Assembly (NCBI GenBank): GCA_030149205.1
Contig: JASBSB010000001.1
Coordinates: 870,001 to 902,000 of the forward strand
Length of the DNA: 32,000 bases
Reading direction: 5' to 3'
Source of the DNA: Candidatus Heimdallarchaeota archaeon
GTDB lineage: Archaea > Asgardarchaeota > Heimdallarchaeia > Heimdallarchaeales > Kariarchaeaceae
Part shown: piece after piece, positions 8,613 through 16,273 of the stretch
Layout of the letters: every line of letters begins with the position of its first letter
Position numbering within the stretch: position 1 is the stretch's first letter
Program-made: the position numbers and the translations under genes
Notes under the pieces: generated by a model
The model's input: the letters and a program-made list of their open reading frames with translations, nothing else
The model's database searches: none
Told to the model about the DNA's origin: nothing

Positions 8613-9533
8613 TTAGGTATCCATAATTGCCTGAAGATTTTTCTGAATAGTTTTCAGGTATAGTGATAAACCCGCTTCTACAGAATATTCAGGGATATAA
8701 CCCAAGAATTTCTTTGCTTTTGAGTAGTCACCATAAAAGTAATTCACATCATAAGACCTTCTCACATTTTCAACCATAGAAGATTTACTTTCGGTAAGCT
8801 CGATTATTTGTGTTGCTAACTCAAGTAGTGTGGTTGCTTTACCAGTACAGATATTGAAGTCTTCGATTAGTCCTGGTTTTTGGGCTTTTATCCACTTGAT
8901 TGACTTAAGAATTCCATCGACAGTGTCAAACACGTGAGTGAAATCAAAGGTATTATCTTTGCCATTCAATCTTAATGTTTCATTCTGTAGAGCTTGTTTA
9001 ACAAAGATGGGAATCACCCGTGTAGCATGATCTCGCAACCCCCCGTAAACATTTGAAAATCTAAGAATCGCTCCCCTTGAAGAATTAGATATGACAAACT
9101 CTCTGACCAGCTTTTCTGAAACCAGCTTAGTAACTCCGTAAACATTAATGGGAACTAGAGGATATGTCTCAGGAACTGGGAGAGAGGAAGGTTCCCCATA
9201 AATCTCTCGACTACTACCGTAAATTATCCAAGGTTTAAAACTCCTAATGCTTTCCAAAACTTTCAGAGTACCACCCACATTTACCTCCCAAGTCCTATAA
9301 GGATCATTCTCAGCATCAATAACCCGGGACACAGCCGCTAGATGAACAATTCCCTCAAATTTTCCAATCTCAGAGAGATAGTCTCCAAATTCTCTCACAT
9401 CACCTTGAACCCAATTAACTTCTGCTAACTGTGGTTTTTGCAGGTCAAATACCACAACCTCCGCTATTTTCTTTAGTCTTTGCACCAGTTCTGTACCGAT
9501 TAAACCCGATCCCCCAGTAACCACTACCCTCAC
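8613..9533 (-). CDS. NAD-dependent epimerase/dehydratase (extended SDR, GalE-like)
   Basis: VTGGSGLIG, VHLAA, SSREIYG, catalytic YGVTK (YxxxK), RFSNVYG; GTG start. Confidence 0.93.
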   Translation of the reverse strand: MRVVVTGGSGLIGTELVQRLKKIAEVVVFDLQKPQLAEVNWVQGDVREFGDYLSEIGKFEGIVHLAAVSRVIDAENDPYRTWEVNVGGTLKVLESIRSFKPWIIYGSSREIYGEPSSLPVPETYPLVPINVYGVTKLVSEKLVREFVISNSSRGAILRFSNVYGGLRDHATRVIPIFVKQALQNETLRLNGKDNTFDFTHVFDTVDGILKSIKWIKAQKPGLIEDFNICTGKATTLLELATQIIELTESKSSMVENVRRSYDVNYFYGDYSKAKKFLGYIPEYSVEAGLSLYLKTIQKNLQAIMDT

Positions 9534-9619
9534 TAATTGTGAATCTAATTTTGAACATTAAAAAATTATGAATAATATAGAGTTTTTTGTATTAACTTGA
9601 AAAATATTGAATGAAATTT

Positions 9620-9739
9620 TTACTTCTTACTGTTTTTTGCCCCAGCACTCTGAGTCCTTGCCTTAAAATCTTGGTTTTTACCAGTCTTATCAGCATGACT
9701 CTGAATTCTTTTAGCAGAATCGTTATTCATTTTTGTCAA
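9620..9739 (-). CDS. 39-aa hydrophilic peptide MTKMNNDSAKRIQSHADKTGKNQDFKARTQSAGAKNSKK (copy 2; not in ORF track)
   Basis: Hand translation: TTG at 9739 (in-frame ATG at 9730), TAA at 9622-9620. SD GGGAGGTGA ends 4 nt upstream. Shares RIQSHADKTGKN with copy 1. Confidence 0.88.
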   Translation of the reverse strand: MTKMNNDSAKRIQSHADKTGKNQDFKARTQSAGAKNSKK

Positions 9740-9743
9740 TTTT

Positions 9744-9788
9744 TCACCTCCCTTTTTTGGTAATTAAACATATCACATTGTATATAAT
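9744..9788 (-). promoter_or_regulatory. Archaeal TATA box and SD for peptide copy 2 (possibly also drives the downstream operon)
   Basis: Minus strand reads ATTATATAC, about 28 nt, then GGGAGGTGA-AAAA-TTG; same layout as the copy 1 promoter. Confidence 0.65.
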
Positions 9789-9882
9789 AGCTATAGTTTC
9801 TTAGACTTTGAAATTTTTTCAAGAATTTCTAAAGATAAGAAATTTAATTAATATATCCTCAAGAATTTTATGTTAGTTTATG

Positions 9883-10677
9883 TTAGTGGGGATAAATTAG
9901 ATGGTAGAACCTCTTCAATTCTTCGCCCGCTGTATTCAATTTCTGATTACTGTGGTGATGATTTATGAAATTATTATTTAACACCTTTTTCTTAAACTCA
10001 GAAACTCTTTTCTGACTCACCTTAAGAGCAGTAGATAATTCTTTTTGAGTTGGATAGGTACCCCATCTATTCAATATTTGCACATCCTTTTTATCAATGA
10101 AAGGCAGTTCCATTAAAGGAATGAGTTGAAAACCTAACTCATTTGTAGAAATCGATGATTTAATCGAAGAATCTGTACTATGTAAATTAGGGTTTTCTTT
10201 TAATGAAACCGGATTTGTAATGAAAGAATATTTCCGATTTCTGAGACTGCAGTCAATATCTTTAAACTTGATAAGGAAATTGATAACGTTAAAAATAACC
10301 GCTGAAAGTGCCCTTCTACCCCGGGCAATCTGAAAAACTATCTTTGATATATCGGGTTGCATACCTTTAGTAATTTCTCTGGATAGAGATAGCACGACTT
10401 CTTGCTGCATTTCCAGATTATTGGCCACCGTCATTTCAAAGCAAGAAAGATCAACACCAAATTTTCTAACAGGAAAATTTGACCCAAACTCCTTACTCAC
10501 TTTCTTTATGCTCATTTCCCAATTTTCTAAGATTGATCCTTCTACAGGGTTTTTTGGTTCTTTTGAATACAGACCAATCAAACCTTTAGCTCTAGTTTCA
10601 GTTAATGTACGTATCAGCGGATCAATAAACTTGGTTTTTCTTCCAAGTGTAGTGACGAGAAGTGAACCTTCCTCCAT
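9883..10677 (-). CDS. CARF-like domain + C-terminal winged HTH (Csa3-like nucleotide-sensing regulator)
   Basis: N-terminal strand LLVTTLG; IVFQIARGRRALS is a degenerate form of the CARF D/NxT/SxGxK/R strand-loop; C-terminal TQKELSTALKVSQKRVSEFKKKV...LNTAGEEL winged HTH. Confidence 0.65.
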   Translation of the reverse strand: MEEGSLLVTTLGRKTKFIDPLIRTLTETRAKGLIGLYSKEPKNPVEGSILENWEMSIKKVSKEFGSNFPVRKFGVDLSCFEMTVANNLEMQQEVVLSLSREITKGMQPDISKIVFQIARGRRALSAVIFNVINFLIKFKDIDCSLRNRKYSFITNPVSLKENPNLHSTDSSIKSSISTNELGFQLIPLMELPFIDKKDVQILNRWGTYPTQKELSTALKVSQKRVSEFKKKVLNNNFINHHHSNQKLNTAGEELKRFYHLIYPH

Positions 10678-10749
10678 TTAAATTCATTCTTTTTACTTAA
10701 ATAAAGCAGTTTTGTCTGACAGTTGACCTTTTAACTAAAATTTTATCAT

Positions 10750-12165
10750 CTATGAGCAAAGTTTCTCAGGTACCAATGTACACATTTCTTTGAACTCTCC
10801 TGTTTCAAAATCTCTGTCGTATATAACAACTGATTTTTTTTGTTTGAACAAATATCTGCCAAGATAAACCGCAATTGGTGTGGGCCCTCGAAAATAGAAA
10901 TGAACTTTTTCAATATCTTGAATAAAGGGACTAAACAGTTCAATTAATATATCTGCATTTTGTTTTGCTTCTTCCTGTGTGGTGACCTCTAAATCACCTT
11001 TTGGGTGGATATCAATCAAACCTAGGTTATTTGGAAGTGAGATTTCTTCTTTGTACAAATGTATAATAATTAAATTTTTGGCTTTCAAGGTTTTTGCTTC
11101 TTTCTCCCAGATATTTTGCTCAGAATATTTTTTGAGTTTTTGATTGTTTTCTGAAGGCATAAGGTTTACAATTTCACTCCTACCCATATCACTGGGCAGT
11201 CGTAGAAAGGTTGACAGTGATGTCTCAGGAAATTTTGATTCAAAAATATAAGCGAAAATTAAACTTTGAACTTGAGATGCCTTGTTAAATAGCAAAAATC
11301 CTAAATTACTTGATTTAAGCTTACTAGAGTTAAAACTACTTAATTTCAAACGACTACAAATCTCTTCAACTATAAAGTCATATGACCCTGGTAATACTCT
11401 GTTTTCTCTAATAACTTCTCCCGGATAAAATTTATCAACAAAGGAAATTTTTAAATCTACTGGATACATCATACCTCCGTAAGCATCCAATCCCAAAGTG
11501 AAGTAATTGATAATTTCAAGTGACCCAAATTGATATCGTAGATACCCATCAATCTTTTCATCGAATTTGGAAGAGATAGAACTAAATTCTAATCCTAAAT
11601 TTATGTATTTGTTCCAACTTGTCTTAATTTTATCTTCTCTAAAATTTAACGTACCATCTTCATCAATAAATTTTGCAAATAAGATATAAAGAACATTGCG
11701 AGCAGAGTTTATGATATTTGCAACCGATTCATCTGAAGTTTTCTTTTTCGAAGTATTTAAAAAAGTAAACTTGTGTGTAATGGAGTTCCTGAAATCAGTT
11801 AGACTTGAGATCACATCTCCAATTCGCTGGCGGTACCATGTGTTATCTGAAATCAAAAGTCTACAAAGTCGGTTGATTTCAAAAGATTTAATCTGCCACT
11901 CTTTTTTGTCAAAATAAGGTTTTAACAGCAGTTCTAGAACACAATGCAACTTGATTATAAGGGTTTTATTGACCTCGTGTTTAGATTGAATCACATTTTT
12001 GTTTGAAAAGGACAAAAACAGATTAATTGCATCATAAATAGATTTTAGATGTTTTGAAGAGTTATTGTCATAATTATCGACAAATACTTGTAACTGAGTT
12101 TCAACATTATCTTTAAGTTCATCAAAATACTTACCGGATTTCCATGGATTGTTACTTTTTCTCAT
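10750..12165 (-). CDS. HEPN (RxxxxH) + SAVED domain protein, putative cyclic-oligonucleotide-activated RNase
   Basis: N-terminal LHCVLELLLK and LTDFRNSITH (HEPN ExxLK and RNxxxH). C-terminal KVHFYFRGPTPIAVYLGRYL...VVIYD (SAVED signature), with an earlier degenerate half-repeat GFLLFNKASQVQSLIFAYIF. Confidence 0.75.
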   Translation of the reverse strand: MRKSNNPWKSGKYFDELKDNVETQLQVFVDNYDNNSSKHLKSIYDAINLFLSFSNKNVIQSKHEVNKTLIIKLHCVLELLLKPYFDKKEWQIKSFEINRLCRLLISDNTWYRQRIGDVISSLTDFRNSITHKFTFLNTSKKKTSDESVANIINSARNVLYILFAKFIDEDGTLNFREDKIKTSWNKYINLGLEFSSISSKFDEKIDGYLRYQFGSLEIINYFTLGLDAYGGMMYPVDLKISFVDKFYPGEVIRENRVLPGSYDFIVEEICSRLKLSSFNSSKLKSSNLGFLLFNKASQVQSLIFAYIFESKFPETSLSTFLRLPSDMGRSEIVNLMPSENNQKLKKYSEQNIWEKEAKTLKAKNLIIIHLYKEEISLPNNLGLIDIHPKGDLEVTTQEEAKQNADILIELFSPFIQDIEKVHFYFRGPTPIAVYLGRYLFKQKKSVVIYDRDFETGEFKEMCTLVPEKLCS

Positions 12166-12254
12166 AGATTTGAGTTATTAAGTCAAAATTTAAGGCTTAC
12201 AGCTCTAGATATAGAAATTTTCTTAATTACTTTGAATCACAGAAGATAAAGATA

Positions 12255-12917
12255 TTATATAACCAATAAAGGATTTTGAATCTCTGCTAATTCGTTCACC
12301 CAGTAATAATACCTTTCTGAGATATTCGTATTTAAACTCAGAAGGGCAGTAATAATAATCCCATCTATTAATTCAATAGAGACCCCAGCTCTTCTCATAA
12401 TCCCCAGACCAGATATTGTGTTTACAAGATACCAAGCCAGCTGTTCATTAGATGAGTAAGTATTCTCTATCTGTCCAAGATCTGTGGCTTTGTCTAATGC
12501 AAATTTAAATGCATCTTTGTAGAGATTAAAGAATACAAGGGATTTGTGGGCAACATCAAAATTATTTAGTGCCTCTTCGATTGTGCAGTTTGAGATATAA
12601 CAGCTGTTATAGATATGAGATTCAATTTGAAATTTCCGATTTAAGGCAAAGTGCTTTACAATCATATCCAAAGGATTTAAGGAATCACTATACAAAGTTG
12701 AGGATTGAAGGGTCTGGCTCATCATCTGTGTAAATAAGTCCATAGTTTTCAGGAAGATTGTCTGTTTATCCCCGAAGGTATCATAAAAACTACTTCGTGA
12801 GATATTTAATTTTTCTAAAAGATCAGACATCGATGTCCCTTCAAATCCCTTCTCCCAAAATAATTGAAGAGCTTTTCTGACAGCAGTAACTGGTGAAAAA
12901 TTCTTTGGTCGACCCAT
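12255..12917 (-). CDS. TetR/AcrR family transcriptional regulator
   Basis: MGRPKNF...ALQLFWEKGFEGTSMSDLLEKLNISRSSFYDTFGDKQ; CYISN in the C-terminal domain. Confidence 0.95.
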   Translation of the reverse strand: MGRPKNFSPVTAVRKALQLFWEKGFEGTSMSDLLEKLNISRSSFYDTFGDKQTIFLKTMDLFTQMMSQTLQSSTLYSDSLNPLDMIVKHFALNRKFQIESHIYNSCYISNCTIEEALNNFDVAHKSLVFFNLYKDAFKFALDKATDLGQIENTYSSNEQLAWYLVNTISGLGIMRRAGVSIELIDGIIITALLSLNTNISERYYYWVNELAEIQNPLLVI

Positions 12918-13051
12918 AAGATTTAATTCGCCTTACTCATAAAAATTCTTCTTTTGTAAGCATATATCATCAATAATTAAAGACAAACTAATCCAATAAA
13001 AATTCAGAATTTAGTTAAATGTCAATATTCCAACGTTAAAACCATTATATT

Positions 13052-13069
13052 TTGGAATGGGCATTCCAA
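13052..13069. promoter_or_regulatory. Palindromic operator, likely for the TetR
   Basis: Perfect inverted repeat TTGGAATG-GG-CATTCCAA in the divergent intergenic region, 4 nt upstream of TATA-like TTTATAT (13074-13080). Confidence 0.7.
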
Positions 13070-13136
13070 TATGTTTATATGGCAGTAAATTGTCAAAAGG
13101 TAGCTATAACATGTAATGCATTGTTTGGTGAAAATT

Positions 13137-13676
13137 ATGACAGTTCATGAGGAAATATTAATTAATTCTGGCTCAGACAAAGTCTGGGCAGCAGTAAAAG
13201 ATTTTGCTAATGTGCAAAAATGGAACCCCTATGTTGAATCAGTTTCTCTGTTAACTGACGAAAGTGAAAACAAGGGAGCGACAAGAGTATGTCACCTATA
13301 TGATGGGTCTAAATTAAAAGAAAGGGTTATGGATTTAGATTCAGAAGAAAGAATTGTAACTATTAACATTCTCGAGGGTATAAAAGGTCCAATTGTTTCC
13401 CCCCCAGAAATTAAACTTACAGTGTTAGATAAGGATGATAAAACTCTTGTAAAGATGGACTTTGATGTCCAACTCCGCTTTGGATTCATAGGTAAAATCA
13501 TTAAAAAATTGGTTGTCGAACCTCAGATTAAAAACAATGTCGAAAACTTGCTTAAAGGATTAAAATCTCATATTGTATCTGGAAGTTACATTGGAAAAAG
13601 GGGTGAACTTTTAACGCTTGATGCGGCTAAAAATGAATGGGGAAAAGCAGCAGAAAGTTTAGAGATGGTAAATTAA
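13137..13676 (+). CDS. SRPBCC / polyketide cyclase-dehydrase (START-like) family protein
   Basis: MTVHEEILINSGSDKVWAAVKDFANVQKWNPYVESV...GATRVC. ATG 13137 follows SD GGTGA (13127-13131); the ORF track starts it at 13116. Confidence 0.85.
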   Translation: MTVHEEILINSGSDKVWAAVKDFANVQKWNPYVESVSLLTDESENKGATRVCHLYDGSKLKERVMDLDSEERIVTINILEGIKGPIVSPPEIKLTVLDKDDKTLVKMDFDVQLRFGFIGKIIKKLVVEPQIKNNVENLLKGLKSHIVSGSYIGKRGELLTLDAAKNEWGKAAESLEMVN

Positions 13677-13911
13677 ATTATTCATCAATATCTGACCTTA
13701 AAATTAAATTAGAAACTAGAGGTTTACAAATTAAAGCACCTATTAGACAATCATTTTTTGATATTTAGTATTAAGGATCTTAAAGTATTGCCTGTTCAAT
13801 TTTAATTAGATGCTAAGGCATGCAGGAAAACCTTGGGTCACCCTACATCCTCAGCATGCAAATTTTAACAGTCTATGGGAAAATATCACCTTTGATAAAC
13901 AATTCAATGCC

Positions 13912-14072
13912 AAATTTAAATGCGACTTTGAAGAGATTAAAGAATACAAGGGATTTGTGGGCAAGGTCAAAATAATTTAATGCCTCTTTGATTGTACAGT
14001 TTGAGATATAACAGCCGTTGTAGATATGAGATTCAATTTGAAATTTCCGATTTAAGGCAAAGTGCTTTACAA
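13912..14072 (-). pseudogene. Partial duplicate of the TetR gene (C-terminal domain fragment)
   Basis: Direct repeat of 12501-12661: 161 bp, 11 mismatches by hand count (about 93% identity), no gaps; lacks the HTH and a start codon. Confidence 0.88.
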
Positions 14073-14298
14073 GGATAATCTCATTATTGAGGAATACTAA
14101 AGATAAGAGTGTTAATTTTACTTATTCCATTTAATTTAAATTACCATACAAGTAAACCTTTGTTAATATCTTCTAGAATTATACATTGACTTTTTCTCTC
14201 TACTCGATATCATTCTTTTTATAAGTAGTTTTGATTTTTTACCAATCCAATAATTTTTAGCCCACAACTTTTTATTCTATAATCCATATTCATTAAAT

Positions 14299-14931
14299 AT
14301 GAAGAGCGTGAATAAAGAAATTACATCTCTTCTAGTAATACTATTAATTTCTCAAACCGTAGCTCTTACGTTAGCAGTAAATGGAAACAGTGCTGGAGCT
14401 CAACCAAAAAATCTCTCTTTCAACGAAAATCTGGTGCTTAATCCCGCAAAAATACAATTGGACAACGTAGGTCTTCAAATCCAGTTTATATCACCATCCC
14501 AGATCACTCCACTGGACAATCATTTTTTCAAGACCTCCATTCGGCAAAGAACATATATTACGATTGAATGGAAAGTGCTCTCAAATATCCCCATAAAGGG
14601 GTATTGGGTAAGTCTTGACGGGGAGTCAAAGCTTTTTGAAACTGGTAACAGGTATTCATTAGTCAATTTTCAAGCTCGCTATGATCCATATATTTTTACG
14701 ATCAGTGCTGAAGATATTCAGGGAAACTTGGGGGCAAATTACACCCTTAGTATTCAGATTTTGACAATGAATGGGAATATTCCAGCATTGTCAAACAATT
14801 CAGACAAATCAAATGTTATCCTCATTTTTTCCATAGTAGCTCTGTTTATTGGACTTACTTTGGTATATTGGTTAAGAAGAAACAAAAAGAAACAGTTTAA
14901 ATTTACCCCAAAAATAGAAAACCTTCCTTGA
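14299..14931 (+). CDS. Membrane-anchored surface protein (signal peptide, Ig/FN3-like beta domain, C-terminal TM)
   Basis: Hydrophobic N-terminus, beta-rich YITIEWKV...YIFTISAEDIQGN, C-terminal TM followed by RRNKKK. Confidence 0.75.
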   Translation: MKSVNKEITSLLVILLISQTVALTLAVNGNSAGAQPKNLSFNENLVLNPAKIQLDNVGLQIQFISPSQITPLDNHFFKTSIRQRTYITIEWKVLSNIPIKGYWVSLDGESKLFETGNRYSLVNFQARYDPYIFTISAEDIQGNLGANYTLSIQILTMNGNIPALSNNSDKSNVILIFSIVALFIGLTLVYWLRRNKKKQFKFTPKIENLP

Positions 14932-14935
14932 AATA

Positions 14936-15055
14936 ATGTGTGAAACTGAAGTAGAAGAGACCTTTGAAGAGGTCTTTGATGAAATTCATGAACACAGCCT
15001 ATCTCTGATCATGATTGATGAATTCTCTAATGAAATTAGGATTATTGTTAAGTGA
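14936..15055 (+). CDS. Possible 39-aa acidic peptide MCETEVEETFEEVFDEIHEHSLSLIMIDEFSNEIRIIVK
   Basis: Hand translation; ATG 4 nt after the upstream stop; no clear SD. Confidence 0.3.
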   Translation: MCETEVEETFEEVFDEIHEHSLSLIMIDEFSNEIRIIVK

Positions 15056-15062
15056 ATCCCCA

Positions 15063-15242
15063 TTATGAGAGCACAGGTTCAATCCTCTGAAGTTTTCTTG
15101 CCTTTTCAGGTGATTCTTTAAGGGGAATTGGCTGTGAAGAGAGGAAAATTGGGTAACCACAATGTGGGCATAGTTGCATCTCAACAGAAAAAAACTGGGA
15201 GAAAAATGTGTAACAGTTCGGACATCCATGTATCTGTATCAT
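15063..15242 (-). CDS. Small zinc-ribbon protein (CPNC-x14-CPHCG), about 59 aa
   Basis: Two CxxC motifs; ATG at 15242 with TTATAA about 23 nt upstream (leaderless layout). The ORF track extends it to 15302. Confidence 0.6.
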   Translation of the reverse strand: MIQIHGCPNCYTFFSQFFSVEMQLCPHCGYPIFLSSQPIPLKESPEKARKLQRIEPVLS

Positions 15243-15298
15243 ACTTTCATATTGTGAATATGAGTTATAAGTCACTGAATAAAATTGATATTTTACAT

Positions 15299-16273
15299 TC
15301 AAATCTGTTTAGTTCTTCTTCTAGGGAGAATCATACCAAGTATAAAGATCGAAGAAAGAAGAGCGATTGATGAAAAAGGAAGAGGCGAGGAAATGGTTGG
15401 TGAAGTCGTTGATTGAACCTTATCAGTAATTTTTGAGACACTAAATGAATGAAACGAGACATCCACCCTTTTCCAATTATCAGAAAAATATCTTCCAGCA
15501 TCTGCATACTCTTTAGTAGTTTTTGTGGAAAAAGTTGAAAGCATACCATTTGAGTGGTAATTGAGCTCCAACTCAAATGAATAATTGGGAATTACGACAT
15601 ATTTATTGCCATTGTAAGAAGATTCAACTTCAAAAACTCGGTGGTTTAGATGTATTTCCACCCTGAACTTATTCATCGTCTTGGGAATCTGTGGAAAGTC
15701 ATAAACAGATTTAGACCCAAAGATGTATACATAACCGTCTTGTGAGTACAACATCCCCAGGGTAAACCTTCTTCCATCTAAAATAGTTTGATTATTGAAA
15801 TACTGTAATATTCCTTTGACCACATTTGTCCAATTTGCCTCCACATAAACAGAGGGTTGACTGTTTAAGCCTATACCAGATTGGAGTGAAAGAATTACCA
15901 AACTTCCATTTGCAAGCTCTTGTGTTCGCATCGAAAAGAGTCTCTCTGTTAACATTAAGATGAGCTGTTGTTCAGAAGTAGAATCAGTTCTTGCAAATCC
16001 TTGGATCTGACCTTTTCCAGCAATCTTTACCTCTCCATTTCCATGAGATTCAATGACTCGTGACTCTGTCGAAAATTTTGCTCTTGTTGCATTTCCAACC
16101 ACTGTTGCATTATTTTTATTGACCACTAAAGAGGACTCATAATCTAGGGTGGTCTCAGTGAATTCATCTCCTACATTGATAGCTGTTGTTTGACTAATAG
16201 ATCCAAGCAACAGACTCATAAGCAGGACTATGACTAAGTTGTGAGGTTTTCTTAACCTATACATTGAAGCCAA
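15299..16273 (-). CDS. Secreted/surface protein with C-terminal TM anchor and basic tail
   Basis: Signal peptide LVIVLLMSLLLGSISQTTA; S/T-rich linker; PLPFSSIALLSSIFILGMILPRRRTK. Start is TTG 16273 or ATG 16264. Confidence 0.8.
   Translation of the reverse strand: MASMYRLRKPHNLVIVLLMSLLLGSISQTTAINVGDEFTETTLDYESSLVVNKNNATVVGNATRAKFSTESRVIESHGNGEVKIAGKGQIQGFARTDSTSEQQLILMLTERLFSMRTQELANGSLVILSLQSGIGLNSQPSVYVEANWTNVVKGILQYFNNQTILDGRRFTLGMLYSQDGYVYIFGSKSVYDFPQIPKTMNKFRVEIHLNHRVFEVESSYNGNKYVVIPNYSFELELNYHSNGMLSTFSTKTTKEYADAGRYFSDNWKRVDVSFHSFSVSKITDKVQSTTSPTISSPLPFSSIALLSSIFILGMILPRRRTKQI

Noticed and set aside
9883-12165. Canonical CBASS or type III CRISPR locus
   Set aside because: No full-length CD-NTase, Cap2/Cap3, Cas genes or repeat-spacer array anywhere in the window.
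15063-15242. Zinc ribbon as RNA polymerase subunit Rpo12
   Set aside because: Lacks the typical RILxKxR tail after CPxCG and is not in a housekeeping context.
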